Source: Harriotta raleighana
Lineage: Eukaryota
Reading direction: 5' to 3'
Assembly: GCA_050575255.1 (NCBI GenBank)
Contig: JBNZDD010013722.1
Location: 1,251,119-1,315,118, forward strand
Length of the DNA: 64,000 nt
This document shows, piece after piece, positions 1 to 12,032 of this stretch. The notes below the pieces were generated by a model that was not told the DNA's origin, made no database searches, and saw only the letters and a program-made list of their open reading frames with translations. A program made the translations under genes and the position numbers. The stretch's first letter is position 1, and every line of letters starts with the position of its first letter.

Positions 1-861
1 TGCCGTTCATTGCTGACTATTGCACCGATAATTTACAGTATCATCAGCAGTGTCTTGAGCATTGCAGACCTGCTTTGGTTCAGGAACTGGTCTACTGGGA
101 ATGCCACAGAGGTTGACTTGATCCTGGCATTCAATTGTCTAGAACCATTACGAAGAAACCCTGCTTATCTTCCCCTCTCCACACCGCCCACCGCCAAGAG
201 GATAATCACTAGTTGATGCACTCCATGTAAATCATTTTAATCATGAAGCCTTCCAATAACCAGAGACACATCAACCAGAACTTGGAAAGTCCTGGTGCTT
301 GACAACAATTTAATACCAAGTGATACTTTACAAAGATCAGAGGGAAGTTAAGCAAAGACAATTGAAAGGATGTTTCACACAGGGAATAAAGGGTTGTGGC
401 TGTTGACAGCATCATACAGGTAGAGAGTGAAAAATGTAAACAGAAATTAAGTTTACATAAATTAACATGAAAAGACTAAAACAAGTGAACGTACAGTATA
501 CTGCAAAGATGTGGTTGTGGAAGAGAATATTTAATAAATATAATGCATAATAAGGCAGTACCTAATATAGGATTCAATGCTTTATCATTAAATGATGTTT
601 TGATTAGATTTGGATTCATAAGGAAATGCCTACAACTGTCAACTTTGCAAATTACACCATACTGTATACATTTCTCATCTATATTCTGCAGTAAATAGAA
701 ACTTAAAGCAAAGTACCCACAATCATTCTCCCATTCTTCCCTTCAGCATTGTGATCACCATTTAATGTTTAAGATGCTCTTAATCTACTTTACTTGTGAA
801 TTAATGCTGTGTTTATTTTGCATGTTTGTCAGCCAGATCCGCGCAACTTCTGGCAGTGGTT

Positions 862-1490
862 CAACAAGAACAACAGCAAAATCACATTTTTGCATTGGGA
901 AGATGTCCCAACACATTAGAAAGTCAATGTTTCAGATCTGAACTGGGATCAGGAACGTGGAGGGAAAGGATGGATCTGCAAAGTAGAGGATCTTGAGGCG
1001 GTACTTGAAGGAGGCTAGGGAGGGGGCAGGATAGTGGGCCTCTGGGATAGAATTCCAGAGGTTAGGGGCAGAGTGGATGAAGGTTTGTCGGCCAATGGAG
1101 GGGCATGTGGGTCGGGAGGAGAAGGTGAGAGGGCAGAGCGGTCATGGCTTGGATGTGGGGAAGGTAAAACAGTTGAGAATCAAACAAGACACCTGGGTTC
1201 CTGACTTGGTGAGGTTGAGTGTACAACTATGGAGGTAGATGCTGCCAGTGCTTGATATGTGAAGGCATTAGCACAAACCAATCAGAAGGGCTTCGGTGTT
1301 GTTGGCATTCAGCTGTAGAAAGTTAGCTCTCATCCAGGACTTGATGTCTGACAAGTAGTCTGTCTGAACAGCAGTGATCCTGGAGTCGAGGGTAGAGGCA
1401 TAAAGTTGGGTGTCATCCACATATGTGTGGAAGTTGACCCAATGTCTGCGGATTATGTCACCAAGGAGGAGCATGTAGTTGTTGAAAAGA
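862..1490 (-). mobile_element. L2 (LINE2) fragment: RT segment plus 3' end, internally deleted
   Basis: ORF 1268..1501(-) reads [30 protein letters not shown]...[26 protein letters not shown], the L2 RT YADDTQLY region. The L2 3' tail (aacaacagcaaaatcacattt on +) lies at about 862-900. Confidence 0.9.
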
Positions 1491-1639
1491 TTCAATATCA
1501 AAATTTAGTTTCAGCAGCAACGCAGAGGTAAAACAGGGCCTGGAACAGCTTAAATCACACTGGAGTTCTACTTCTGTCATGTGATAGTTCCTAACCAGTG
1601 ATAATTATAAATTTGCCATAAAAATAGTAACAAAATAGC

Positions 1640-2010
1640 AACAATAATAATCCTTGCATTTGATAAGTCAACTTATCATGTCATCGCAATGTCTCAAAGT
1701 GCTTCACTTGATTTAATGCAGAGGCTACCGTTATTTTATATTTTCTAGACAAGCTTGGCAACTTTCACATTGGCCCACTGGCAGCCTTTACGTGAATCAC
1801 CAATTTTCGTTTAAGAAAATTATTGGCTGAATTTCTCTGAGAAACTCGCTTCTCTTTTTGAATAGTGCCATGGGATATGTAACATCCACCTTAACAGGTA
1901 CACGAGGCACAATTGAATGTCTTATCAATAAAACAGCACCTTCAACAAGATAGCACACCCCCGGGATTATTTCATTGGAATGTCAGGTTCAAGTATATGA
2001 GTTCAAATTG
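1640..2010 (-). mobile_element. Ancient Deu-domain SINE (SacSINE1/AmnSINE1-like)
   Basis: tttgaatagtgccatgggatatgtaacatccacc...cagcaccttcaaca...gcacaccc...ggaatgtcagg matches the reverse complement of the DeuSINE core (GTGGACGTAAAAGATCCCATGGCACTATTCGAAG, recalled from memory). SINE tail aataatccttgcatttgat at about 1645. Confidence 0.75.
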
Positions 2011-2809
2011 TTGACACCCCCTAGTTCAGTTGATATAGAATTGCACAGAATGTCATAAATTATCGAAACGGGCCATTTGAACCAACTAATCTGTGCTGGT
2101 GATATCGCCCAAAGCCTGCTTGAAACACCTCTACAAATGATTAAATGATCACGTCACACAATTAATTTTTCATGTCAATGCTTTTTGATCCTAATGCATG
2201 CATAATGTTTGCTGTCAAAGCTCTACAACTGTCTAGCAAATGGCCATATTCATCACTGCACTGCACAACTTTCCTGTCATCAGATAAGCTTCATGCTTTA
2301 AATTCAGCTGAGTGTGTTTCTCTTTAGTGTTTACAATTGTGTTGTGGCTGTGTGCCAAGCCTTGCACTTCATTTGTCTATCTCTCTTTAAGTATTATTCA
2401 GGAATGTTTCAAGTATTCTACTTAAAATGCTTACGAGAGTAGAATGTATATTAAGATTAACAGTAAAATGGAGATCTCCATTAAAGTCTAAAAATATTAT
2501 GGAAGTAAAGATTGTATTTTGATGTCACCTTTATCAAATTTTCAATTATGGGATAGAATGAAGGCAGCAATATGAGTCAATGGTTCTTGAATATCACTGT
2601 TTCAATCTTTCATGAGTCCTTTCATGTCATTCAATGAAAAACTACTCAGGGAGTATTTCATACATATAATGCATACATGTGAAAATAATAATACCTACAT
2701 ATAGTAATTCTTTTGTCTTAGAATCATACAATTTTACAGCACAGAAGAGACCATTCAGCCCATCATTCTTTGAAAGAATGCATAAAAAAAGATAATAAGA
2801 TATAATATA

Positions 2810-3444
2810 AATAATAATCAAGAATAATAATCGTTGCATTTGATATAGTGCTTTTCACATCTTCTAGACGTCTTAAAGCACTTCACAGAATATATGGTAG
2901 AGTGAATTAATTGTATATTTTTTATTATACCCTCGGAAGGGTCGACTAATTGACTGTGCGGATAAAAAGGCGGCAATTTGCCGAAAACCCAACAGAAAAA
3001 ATTAACTTATTTTAAAACATACCTTGTTAATAATAGACTAAATAGTAACAGAATATTGTATGGATACTTATCATAAAGCATTCCAGCACACTCGGTAAAA
3101 AGATCAGTAAAAAAGCATTTAATAAAAGCATTTTTTACCAATCGGTAAAAACCCAAGTTCATAAATTTAATAAGTGCGCATGCGCACGTGTTGCACGTAT
3201 GTGCAAATTGAGCAAACTTACGATTGCTGGAATGGGGAATTGCCCCGGGAGGGGGCTGAGCAATCCGGTTGATCAGGTCATGGATAAACAGAGTTTTATT
3301 GCAGTGTTGTTTTTTTGGATGGATTATTATTAGGCATGTGGAGTAAGGAAATTTGCCCAAGGTTTTATTCTGATCTGCCTGGATTCGAACACAGGTCTCA
3401 CACTTGTAAGGCGAGTGCTCTAACCACTGAGCTATAGGAGCTCC
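2810..3444 (-). mobile_element. tRNA-derived SINE (tRNA head, L2-like tail) interrupted by a MITE fragment
   Basis: Minus-strand head GGAGCTCCTATAGCTCAGTGGTTAGAGCACTCGCCTTACAAG...GTTCGAATCC (Pol III A/B boxes) ends at 3444. Tail ...CTATATCAAATGCAACGATTATTATT lies at 2820-2860. Confidence 0.9.
2926..3301. mobile_element. Tigger/pogo-type MITE (family A), one TIR truncated, nested in a SINE
   Basis: Internal sequence is the reverse complement of the copy at 38179-38566 (aataatagactaaata...gaatattg...ttccagcacactcggtaaaa...tgcgcatgcgca). It ends in the TIR-like ggataaacagagttttattg. Confidence 0.75.
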
Positions 3445-4611
3445 ATGAAAAAAGACCAAGGTCCATCTTGTTCACCTTCCACCTTGCCGGAGGTCACATG
3501 CACATATGTCCCAAACTACCAGTGTACTACAGTATATCCTATAGTGTATTTCCTAAAAGAAAAATACCTAATCTAAGAAGATCATTAAAATAATTATTAA
3601 AATTATTGTTTGATACAATATTGTTTTGGTGCATGTATGTAACAACTGGAATCCTTGATCTTAAGGAATGCAAGAGAGTTTGAACTAAATGGAGTGTGCT
3701 CTGTGTTTGTGAGTTCTGTGATTGTGTTGCTGAAGACTTCATCGATAGATATTATTCCTATACTTATTTGGAAGTCTATCGCAAGTAAATAAAATGGACA
3801 TTGTGTTAATACCAAGAAACTCTGCGATCAACGAAGAAGACCCAAATGTGAACATTTACGAGATCAGAAATGTGTGGCTTCAAGTTAACCTGACATTCTC
3901 TTAGTTAATTGGAACTGTTGGTGTCTTCCAGTCTGCTTGGATGAGATCTTCAAAGGATTTTAAGACATGAAAATGTCAAGGAAGGACAATTAACTGTCAA
4001 TTCAAACTCTTCATAGTAGGAATCGGAGGAATTACAAATTCCTGGTATTAAAACTCTGATAAACCTTGGGGCCTCAGATAAGCGGAAAGATGATTGGATC
4101 AATTCAGGAATTTGAGTGAACAATCAAACTTTGAACTTTGATTGGGTAGAATGGCCTCTGGCTATACTTTATTTCATCCTCATGTGTCTGAACTTTGGGT
4201 GTTAAAAGAACGGATCAAATGATAAGAGGTGGGACTCCAAATTCCAAATTTCATTTTGAATGAAAAGAGCATTGATGCATGGATTTTCAGGTTACTACAT
4301 TTTCACAACCATATCCGTCCTCCTGAAACCACAAAACAAAACTGTCCATACCTTCTGCATTGGGATTTCACTACTGCCAAAAGCAATATGGAAATCTCCG
4401 AAGAAATGGGAGATATCAATCTACAACTATTGTCAGGTACTGCTGAATCCCTATTCTATTTCTCAAAACATGACAGTCTAATAGTAAGCTCTATCTGCCA
4501 AGTCCACATATCTGTCTGATGGTCACTAACTGCTCAAGGTGATTTGGATAATAATGATAATCCTTGCATTAGGTACCTTGCCTGTTAATTTTTTTTACAC
4601 TATGTTATACC

Positions 4612-4732
4612 TAGTGTATGGGGATAAGGCAGGTAGCTGGAGTTAGAGTAAAATATCAGCCATGATTGAATGGCGGGGCAGGCTCGATGGGCCGAATGGC
4701 CTACTCCTGTTCCTGTTTCTTATGTTCTTATA
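4612..4732 (+). mobile_element. CR1 LINE 3' end
   Basis: atcagccatgattgaatggcggggcaggctcgatgggccgaatggcctactcctg...cttatgttctta, the typical chondrichthyan CR1 3' UTR and tail. Confidence 0.85.
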
Positions 4733-5374
4733 CTAAGGGACATTTGATCCTGTCACAGGTTCTACTAATTGGTGTAGGGTGTTCTGGGCTTATTTCTTAT
4801 CATATTACCTCTGTAGTTCAGTTCTTGGTTACTCCACATTTCAGCTACACTCGATTTCACTCTTTCCAATCTTATTCCGTGATATATATGTATATATATA
4901 CGTATATATAAAATCGGATTACGTAGATGTGAACAAGATTTTGGATCAAATTCCAGCAAAGGTAAAGATTTAGATTTTCATTCAGTTCAGAAGCAGCCAG
5001 AGTTAATGGGTCCTATTAGAAATGTCATGTGAGAAAGGCATTATAAGATGGTAAATCTGGTACATTGTATCTCTGTGGGACTGATTTAGATGGGATGAAC
5101 ATGGATATCTTATCTTAACTTTTGTACACTATACAGTTTTCGTTCACATATCCGGTACAATATGCATGGAGAACATTTTTTTAATTGCTAGTTTGGCTTC
5201 TTCAACTTAATCTTGTACAAACAAATTGTTCACACCTGCTGAAAAGTCGCTCACATGTGTCTTTGTGTCAAAAGGATAAAGAAACACATAAATTGAGTAT
5301 GTTTTCCACCCATCAGAACACAGAAATTTATAGTTTTGGGCATGACATGATACCACCCCCTCTAATCGGGGGTG

Positions 5375-5935
5375 CCCAGAGCACAGAAACATCTCTGGTC
5401 AAAGTAACAGATGACATCCTGTTTTTCTGCAATAAGGACTCATCTGCTTCCTCATCCTCCTTGATCTCTCTGCTGCATTCCACATGGTTTGCTATTCTAT
5501 CCTCATCCATTGCCTCTCCTCTCATCTCAAACTTCATGGCTCCTGTTTTTGAATGGTTCAGTTGATGCCTTTCATCACACTTCAACTTTATCTACAGAAA
5601 CAGTTTCTCCTTTGGTCCCCACACCATTTTGTGAGGGATTACTTAGAGCTCTGCCCTTAGTTTTCTTCTTTTCAATGGCTACATGATTCGTCTTGATGAC
5701 ATTTTTATTTGGCCCACATATATACTACCAATTCCCTTTACAATATATTCTGTGAAGCATTTTGAAACGCCTAGAATACGTGAAAAGTGCTCTCTATATG
5801 AAGGGATTATTATTATTATTTTATTATTATTATCCACACTCAGGGGTTAACTTCCACATATATGTGGATGACCCCTCGTATCTGCCTCCACCCTTGATCC
5901 CAGGACCAGTGCTCTGATGACTGAGCTACCGGACT
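5375..5935 (+). mobile_element. Decayed L2 RT fragment, with a SINE 3' fragment inserted at about 5710-5830
   Basis: STETSLVKVTDDIL (RT region) in ORF 5185..5565; ttccacatatatgtggatgacacc-like motif at about 5850-5875; SINE tail ...tattctgtgaagcattttgaaacg...ggattattattatt. Confidence 0.75.
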
Positions 5936-6654
5936 CCACATGAGATTCAAAGTTTGGGATAATTTGGACTTTGTTTACAACAACAGCAACAAAATTACAT
6001 TTATAGAATGCCTTTCACATCCGGAGAATGTCCCAGTGTTTACAGTGGAGCTGAGGAGAATGGTGAGGAATGCATTGGAAAAATCAAAGTGGGAGATGGT
6101 GAAAGCATGAATGAACCTTAACCTATATATGCTGTGTATTTTATGTGGATTAATGTACAGTAATACTATTTTACTTGGATTAAACTTTACAACCACAATA
6201 ACAATAAGAAAATTGTATAGTGCCTTTCATGTCAGGAGGACATCCTAATGCGCTGGAACTTTAGTTTGATATCCAGTATATCTTAATACATAAAGTGAAA
6301 TTGCAAAATATACATTGTACCAACAATCCAGGAAACAGCAATGACAAAGAAATTGGTACTAAGCATTTTCCATATTATTGCCTTACAGAGAGGTATTAAA
6401 TTAATTCAAATTACCATTATTTGTAATCCAGCCATTGAGTGAATCCAGCAGCACAGTGAACCTTACAAATTACTGTACACTTGTTTTTTTTCTTTAACAC
6501 TAGAAGTGCAAATAAACTGTCACTATGGGTCATAACCGTTAAAAGTCTAATTCACTAGAGGTTAATGAAGTAGGAAAGAACTATAATCAATTATGAGGAG
6601 CAATTATGAGTCATACAGTATGGAATTTGCATGATTTTCTCTCACAATGATTCA

Positions 6655-7052
6655 CTTGCCTCTGTTTACCTAGCAGTAAGTAGGAACTCAGCTGATTGGT
6701 GGATCACTTTTCCGGGAATAACAATCCCTTTAAAAAAATGAATAATTTGTTCATCCAATCCATGAATGTTTGGGACACTTGCAAAATACTGCATATGCTG
6801 AAAACAAGCACAGGGAACACTCAGCAGGTCAGGCATATTTTATGGAGAAAGTAAAGTGACATCTCTCCTTTCTCCTGACCTGCTAAGTGTTCCCGGCGAC
6901 TTCTGTTTCTGTTTGGGACATTGCTATGTGCAATTGGCTGCTGTGTTTCACCCGCAAAGTATACATTTAGTTCATTTTACAGTATATTCTGTGCTTTGAG
7001 TCGTCTCGAAGACATAATAAGGTGCTATATCAAATGCAAGGATTATTATTAC
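6655..7052 (+). mobile_element. tRNA/L2-tail SINE (long variant, 5'-truncated) carrying a Penelope-derived insert
   Basis: SINE body ...tccatgaatgtttgggaca|...|ttgctatgtgcaattggctgctgtgtttcaccc...ctatatcaaatgcaaggattattatt. Confidence 0.8.
6778..6909. mobile_element. Penelope-like (PLE) terminal fragment, inverted-repeat form
   Basis: gcaaaatactgcatatgctg...gggaacactcagcaggtcagg ... cctgacctgctaagtgttccc; flanked by the 11-bp direct repeat tgtttgggaca (6767-6777 and 6910-6920). Confidence 0.75.
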
Positions 7053-8194
7053 TGTGTTTCAAATTCTCTTTTGTATGCTAATTAATTCTTAGTGATTTAA
7101 AGAAATTATGTATTTTTGCACCATTTAGGGGAAAATAATGTTTTTCATTTAAAAAAGTAATATTCAACTGTAACCAGTATGGTTAGGTATTTTCTGTAAC
7201 AAATTTGACAAACCTCCTATAATCCTCACCACGTTTCACCTGACTGCAATTCAACCCTGACCCCAGCCATATGCAGCCACATTAAATGCACAAAACATGA
7301 TTATTTCTCTAAGAATTTATTTCAGTCTATTTGAAAGTGTAATAGATAGCAGATAACTCACTTTTTTATCTCAATATCTCAAATCTCAAATTATATTTCC
7401 AATGTTTATATTGACATATGATCAATCTCATATGATGGGAGCAGGTTGTGACTTTATTCAGTTCTTATTAGTCATTTCTTCATGGACAAATGGTCTATAG
7501 CTGGAGAGAGAGCTGATTTGTATTGTTCATCAAGAAACCATCTTGCAAAAGCCAAGAGTTGAAAGGTCACCTAACAAAGAGCATCAATGGAGATTGATTC
7601 AGAAGAAAGAATCGAAGAAGGAGAGGGATTGAATTAGACATGCAATAATAGCATTGGACGTTCCATGTCATCTGGATACTTACATATGATCAAATTGGAT
7701 GTGCCATAATACGCAATTATTTTTTGAACATACAGCAATAGCTGGATAATTTTGGATGGATATGTTTTGATGGACATATATATTTGGATTAAAAAGGACA
7801 CATTAAAATGGATATTGAATTGAACATTGTTCCTCTATTTCTTCTGCAGCATTTAGTTAGGTCAATTTAAATCATTGTGAACCATGCATCAATATGTAAG
7901 CATTACTGTGGTGTATTCTTTAACTACTGATAACATAGTCTGAATTAATAATCATTTATAGTTTAGTGCAACATTTCTGTCAATTCTTACTTCATTTCAG
8001 GGACACACATTGAAAGCAGTTAGCATGTGGTTGTCTATGAGCATTATTAAGTTTTGATCCAGAGAGGCACGAAAAACCACCATAGTCATTTTTGACAAAC
8101 TCTAATCAACGTGCTCTTCGTTCCCAGTGTTACACTCTAGTAAACAACACAAATCATTATCATTGAACAGTTTTTATTGTGCCTTTCACACTTC

Positions 8195-8893
8195 TTTTAT
8201 TGTGCCTTTCCGCAATATTGTCCGACTCCGCCATTAATTTACCCCCAAGGCCATTGAAACCTTCATTCATGCTTTCATTACATCCCGACTCAATTATGCA
8301 AATGACCTGCTTGTCGGTCTTCCCAATTCCTCCCTCCATAGGTTGCAGATAATCCAGAACTCTGTCGACTGTGTCCTCTACCGCTCCAAGATCCGTGACC
8401 CCCATCTCCCCCATCCTTGCCTGACTCCATTGGCTCCCCATCACCCAGACAATGGTGGTTTCTCTTGTCCCAGATCAATTCAAGATACTGGCCCTCACAT
8501 TCAAAGCCCTCCATGGCCTCGCCCCACCCTACATCTGCGACTACCTAACTCCCTACAGACCTGCTCGCTCCTCCGCTCAGTAGGCTCTGGCCTGCTCCAC
8601 ATCCCCTACCCACCCACCCCACCATTGGCAGGCGAGCAATCAGCCACTCTGCCTCCAACCTCTGGAACTCCATCCCGCAATTCTTCCACTTGACCCCTCC
8701 ATGGCTTCATTCAAGTCCCACCTCAATATCCTCCTCTTCGATGGACCCATCAGGCACCCCAAATTCCCCCCCTTTCCCCCTATGTTGCCCGTCCCCAACC
8801 TCTGCATGGGTCTGAAACAATCACTGTCCAGCGCCTTAAGACGTCCTCCTGACATGAAAAGAGCAATACAAGTGTAATTTTGTTGTTGTTGTT
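8195..8893 (+). mobile_element. L2 3' fragment (ORF2 C-terminus and tail)
   Basis: Translates to ETFIHAFITSRLNY...LVGLPNSSLHRLQIIQNS...LHWLP (frameshifted). Tail gacgtcctcctgacatgaaaagagcaatacaagtgtaattttgttgttgtt. Confidence 0.9.
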
Positions 8894-9446
8894 ATGGTAA
8901 GTATTGGAAGGAGTGGTAAAACATGAAAGGGGAGAGTTCTGAAAATGAGAGAATGGGGAAAAACATAGGTTAAGTAGACTGGAAAGATGAAAGCTTTCCT
9001 TGGAGTGTCTGCTCTGGGAACTGATAGAGGAACAAGACTCAGCAGTGAAGAAATAGCTAAAGTAATACTACCGCTACTTGTAACAGTTATCTTTTTTTGT
9101 TCAAGCACTTGTATGAAAGACGCTATAAAATCTACCATCTCTATAAATATTTTTGGATTCTTAAATTAAAATTCAGTGGAAAAATATGACTGATTCAGTG
9201 TTCAACATTACACCAGCCTCGGTCAGACCAGAACTCTGACTTCTCTGTTAGATGTGAGGAAGTACTCAATACTCAGCATAAATATGTCTGTGCAAGGGCC
9301 CAAACTGATTAAAACAGTCAGGTAAAATTCATCCATACCCAGGTCTGAGTTTGTGGCACAAACAGACAAGGCACAACCTTTTATGTTCCTGTTACAAATT
9401 AGCAGTTTTGCGAGGTACCTTTCCAACCCAAATTCAGACATGTAAA

Positions 9447-9741
9447 CAATAATAATAATCCTTGCATTTGATGTAGCACTTCTTACATCTTCTATATGTC
9501 TGAAAGTGCTTCACAGTATATACTGTCAAGTGAATTGACTGTATATTTGTGGACACAATTCGGCAACCAATTCCACAAACAGTCATCGATTGAAGTGACT
9601 AATTTATTGCTGTTCTCTTTAGGGATTATTATCAGGCATATGGAGTAAGGCAACTTCCTGAAGGTTTTGCCCCTACTGGCAATCAAATCCAGATCTCTTG
9701 CTTGCAAGGAGAGTGCTCTAATCACTGAGCTATAGGACACC
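9447..9741 (-). mobile_element. tRNA/L2-tail SINE, near full length
   Basis: Minus-strand head GGTGTCCTATAGCTCAGTGATTAGAGCACTCTCCTTGCAAG; tail aataataatccttgcatttgat on +. Confidence 0.9.
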
Positions 9742-10699
9742 CTAAGCAGCACATAAACTAATCTTATCAAAAATCTATTTATGAAGATGTGATTCCAGTA
9801 AGCAGCTACAAGTTGGTGATGTGCAAACTTCAAAGCACAAGGATTGGCAACAAAATACACATTCACTACACATTACAATGCATCCTGTGAAGCGCTTTGT
9901 GATGCCTCGATGATTGATAATGTGCTTTATGAAATGCTAATCTTGTAGGCTGAACACAACCACAGAATAGGATAGTCCTTCACAATATCTATTCTCATTC
10001 AAGTGATTCGTGACTGTGATTGTTTGGATTTCCATCAAGCAGCACACTCTGGGAATTGTTTCTGGGAAATGCTATCAATGAAATTCTTGCATAGGCGTTT
10101 GTGCACCACGATGTAAGCCTTGAGGGTATGAAAGTCAGAGTCTGCAGGTGAAATTAATAAAGAAGCTCAGCAGGTTGTGGGGGTGGGTATGAATTCTCAC
10201 ACTGCCTTTTTCTTCCTAGATTTGAATAGTCGATCTCCTTTCAGAGTCCCATAGAATAACAATAAAGTATAAAATAACATTTGTAAAGTGCCTTTCATTT
10301 CAGGATGAACATCACAAGTCCCTGAACAGACAAGCAATTAGGACCCGAGCAAGTGTTGGTTAGAATTGTTATCTTTATCGAAAAAAAACATTACTAGGAG
10401 CGATAAGGAGATCAGTTCACAGGTCACTGGGAGTTTGAACCAGTATTATTTCTCAGTGTTCTTATTTTACATTGGTGTTAGATGAAATACTGACAAACTG
10501 ACAAAGCTCAGTTGCTAATTTTCATCAGAACAGTGTAAAATGATTTTATGACAAAAAAAACTGTTGGCATTAGCTTCAATGCACAGTACTATCAAGGGTT
10601 CAGATATTTATGAAGCTGTAAAAAAAAGTGCTTGAAAAAAATGACGATTTTGATAAAACCTCAGCACTAGTAACAGATGGTCACATTTATGTGTGTATA

Positions 10700-12032
10700 T
10701 GTAAACAAATCATTTGATAAGGTGCTACATAATAGACTAGTTGGCTAAATTAAAGCCCATGGGAGAAAAGGGAAATGGCAGCATGGATACAAAATTGGCT
10801 TGCAGACAGAAAGCAGAGGTAGTGGCAAATGGTTGTTTTTCAGCCTGGAGGGAAATACATAGTGGTGTCTCTCAGGAGTTAGTATTAACATCTCTGCGCT
10901 TTTTGATATATAAATGACTTGGACTTAGCTATAGAGAGCAATATTTTAAAGTTTGCAGATGATACAAAAGTTGGAAATGTAGTAAATCACAAGGAGGATG
11001 GTAGCAGACTAGATGAGGAAAAGGCAGACTGGTGAAATGGACAGACACATGGGTAGATGACGGTTAATACAGAGAAGTGAGAGGTGATGCATTTTGGGGG
11101 AAAGAATTAGGTGAGGCAATATACACTTAATGGTACAGCTTTAAAAGAGGGTACAGAGCAGAGAGCCCAGGGGGTTCACATACTCGGATCTTTGAATAAA
11201 TCAGGACAAATTGATAACTCAGTTAAAAATAATATGGGTTCTTGGCTTTATTAATAGTGGCATAGAGTACGTAAGCAAGGAAGTTCTGCTAAACCTTTAT
11301 AAAGCACCAGTTAGCCTTTAGCTGGAATATTGTGTCCAATTCTGGGCTCTGCACTGTAGGATGGATATCAAGGCCTTGGATAAGGTGCAGAGGAGATTTA
11401 CCAGAATGATACCAGGGTTCAGGAACTTTAGTGCAAAATACTGCAGATGCTGGAAAGCTGAAATAAAAACAGAAATCATTGGGAACACTCAGTAAGTCAG
11501 GCAGATCTATGGAGAAACGAAAAGTGAGTGAACATTTCCTGTCCTTCGTCAGAACTGGGGTGTGTTGGGAGGGAGTAACTTTATGGATAGTGACTTTAGG
11601 GATCAGGGACTTTAGTTGGAGAGAGTAGAAATTGCTCTCCTTAGAGCATTAAAGGTGAAGGAGAGATTTCAAAAAGGTGTTCAAAATTATGAATGGTATT
11701 GATAGAGTAGGTAGGGAGAAATTGTTTCTACTGGCAGATTGGTCAGTAACCAGGGGACATAAATTCGAGATAATTGGCAAAAGAACCAGAGGGGAGATGA
11801 GGAGACTTTTTTTTTAAAAGAAAATACAGTTCTTGTAGTCTGGAAGGCACTGCCTGAAAGGGTGGACATGGATTTGATAACAACTTTCAAAAGAGAATTG
11901 TTTATGTACTTGAAGAGGAAAAAAATTGCAAAGTTGTAGGGAAAGAGCTGGACAGTTGGATTGATAGGGTAGCTTGTTAAAAGATGCATGATGGGCCAAA
12001 TGGCCTCCTTCTGTGATGATATATTCTATCAT
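10700..12032 (+). mobile_element. CR1 LINE 3' portion (decayed RT), with a PLE insert
   Basis: aaagtttgcagatgatacaaaagttgga (KFADDTKVG), cagctggaatattgtgtccaattctgg-like (LEYCVQFW), 3' tail gatgggccaaatggcctccttctgtg. Confidence 0.9.
11433..11597 (-). mobile_element. Penelope-like terminal fragment inserted in CR1
   Basis: gcaaaatactgcagatgctggaaagctgaaataaaaacagaaa...ccttcgtcagaactgg; flanked by a 19-bp imperfect direct repeat agggttcaggaactttagt (11414-11432) / agggatcagggactttagt (11598-11616). Confidence 0.75.

Noticed and set aside
10-415. Short ORFs at the window start
   Set aside because: No recognisable domain in the frames I read and no convincing splice-signal pair.
3370-3444. tRNA-like sequences with A/B boxes (also 41238, 43993, 55040-55108, 61597)
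   Set aside because: They are SINE heads: most run directly into SINE body and tail, they are mutually diverged, and I see no intact acceptor stem or poly-T terminator.
4229-4519. Overlapping ORFs with an ag...gt-bounded segment (about 4291-4436)
   Set aside because: Weak donor (CAG|gtactg) and unrecognised peptides; at most a faint resemblance to retroelement debris.
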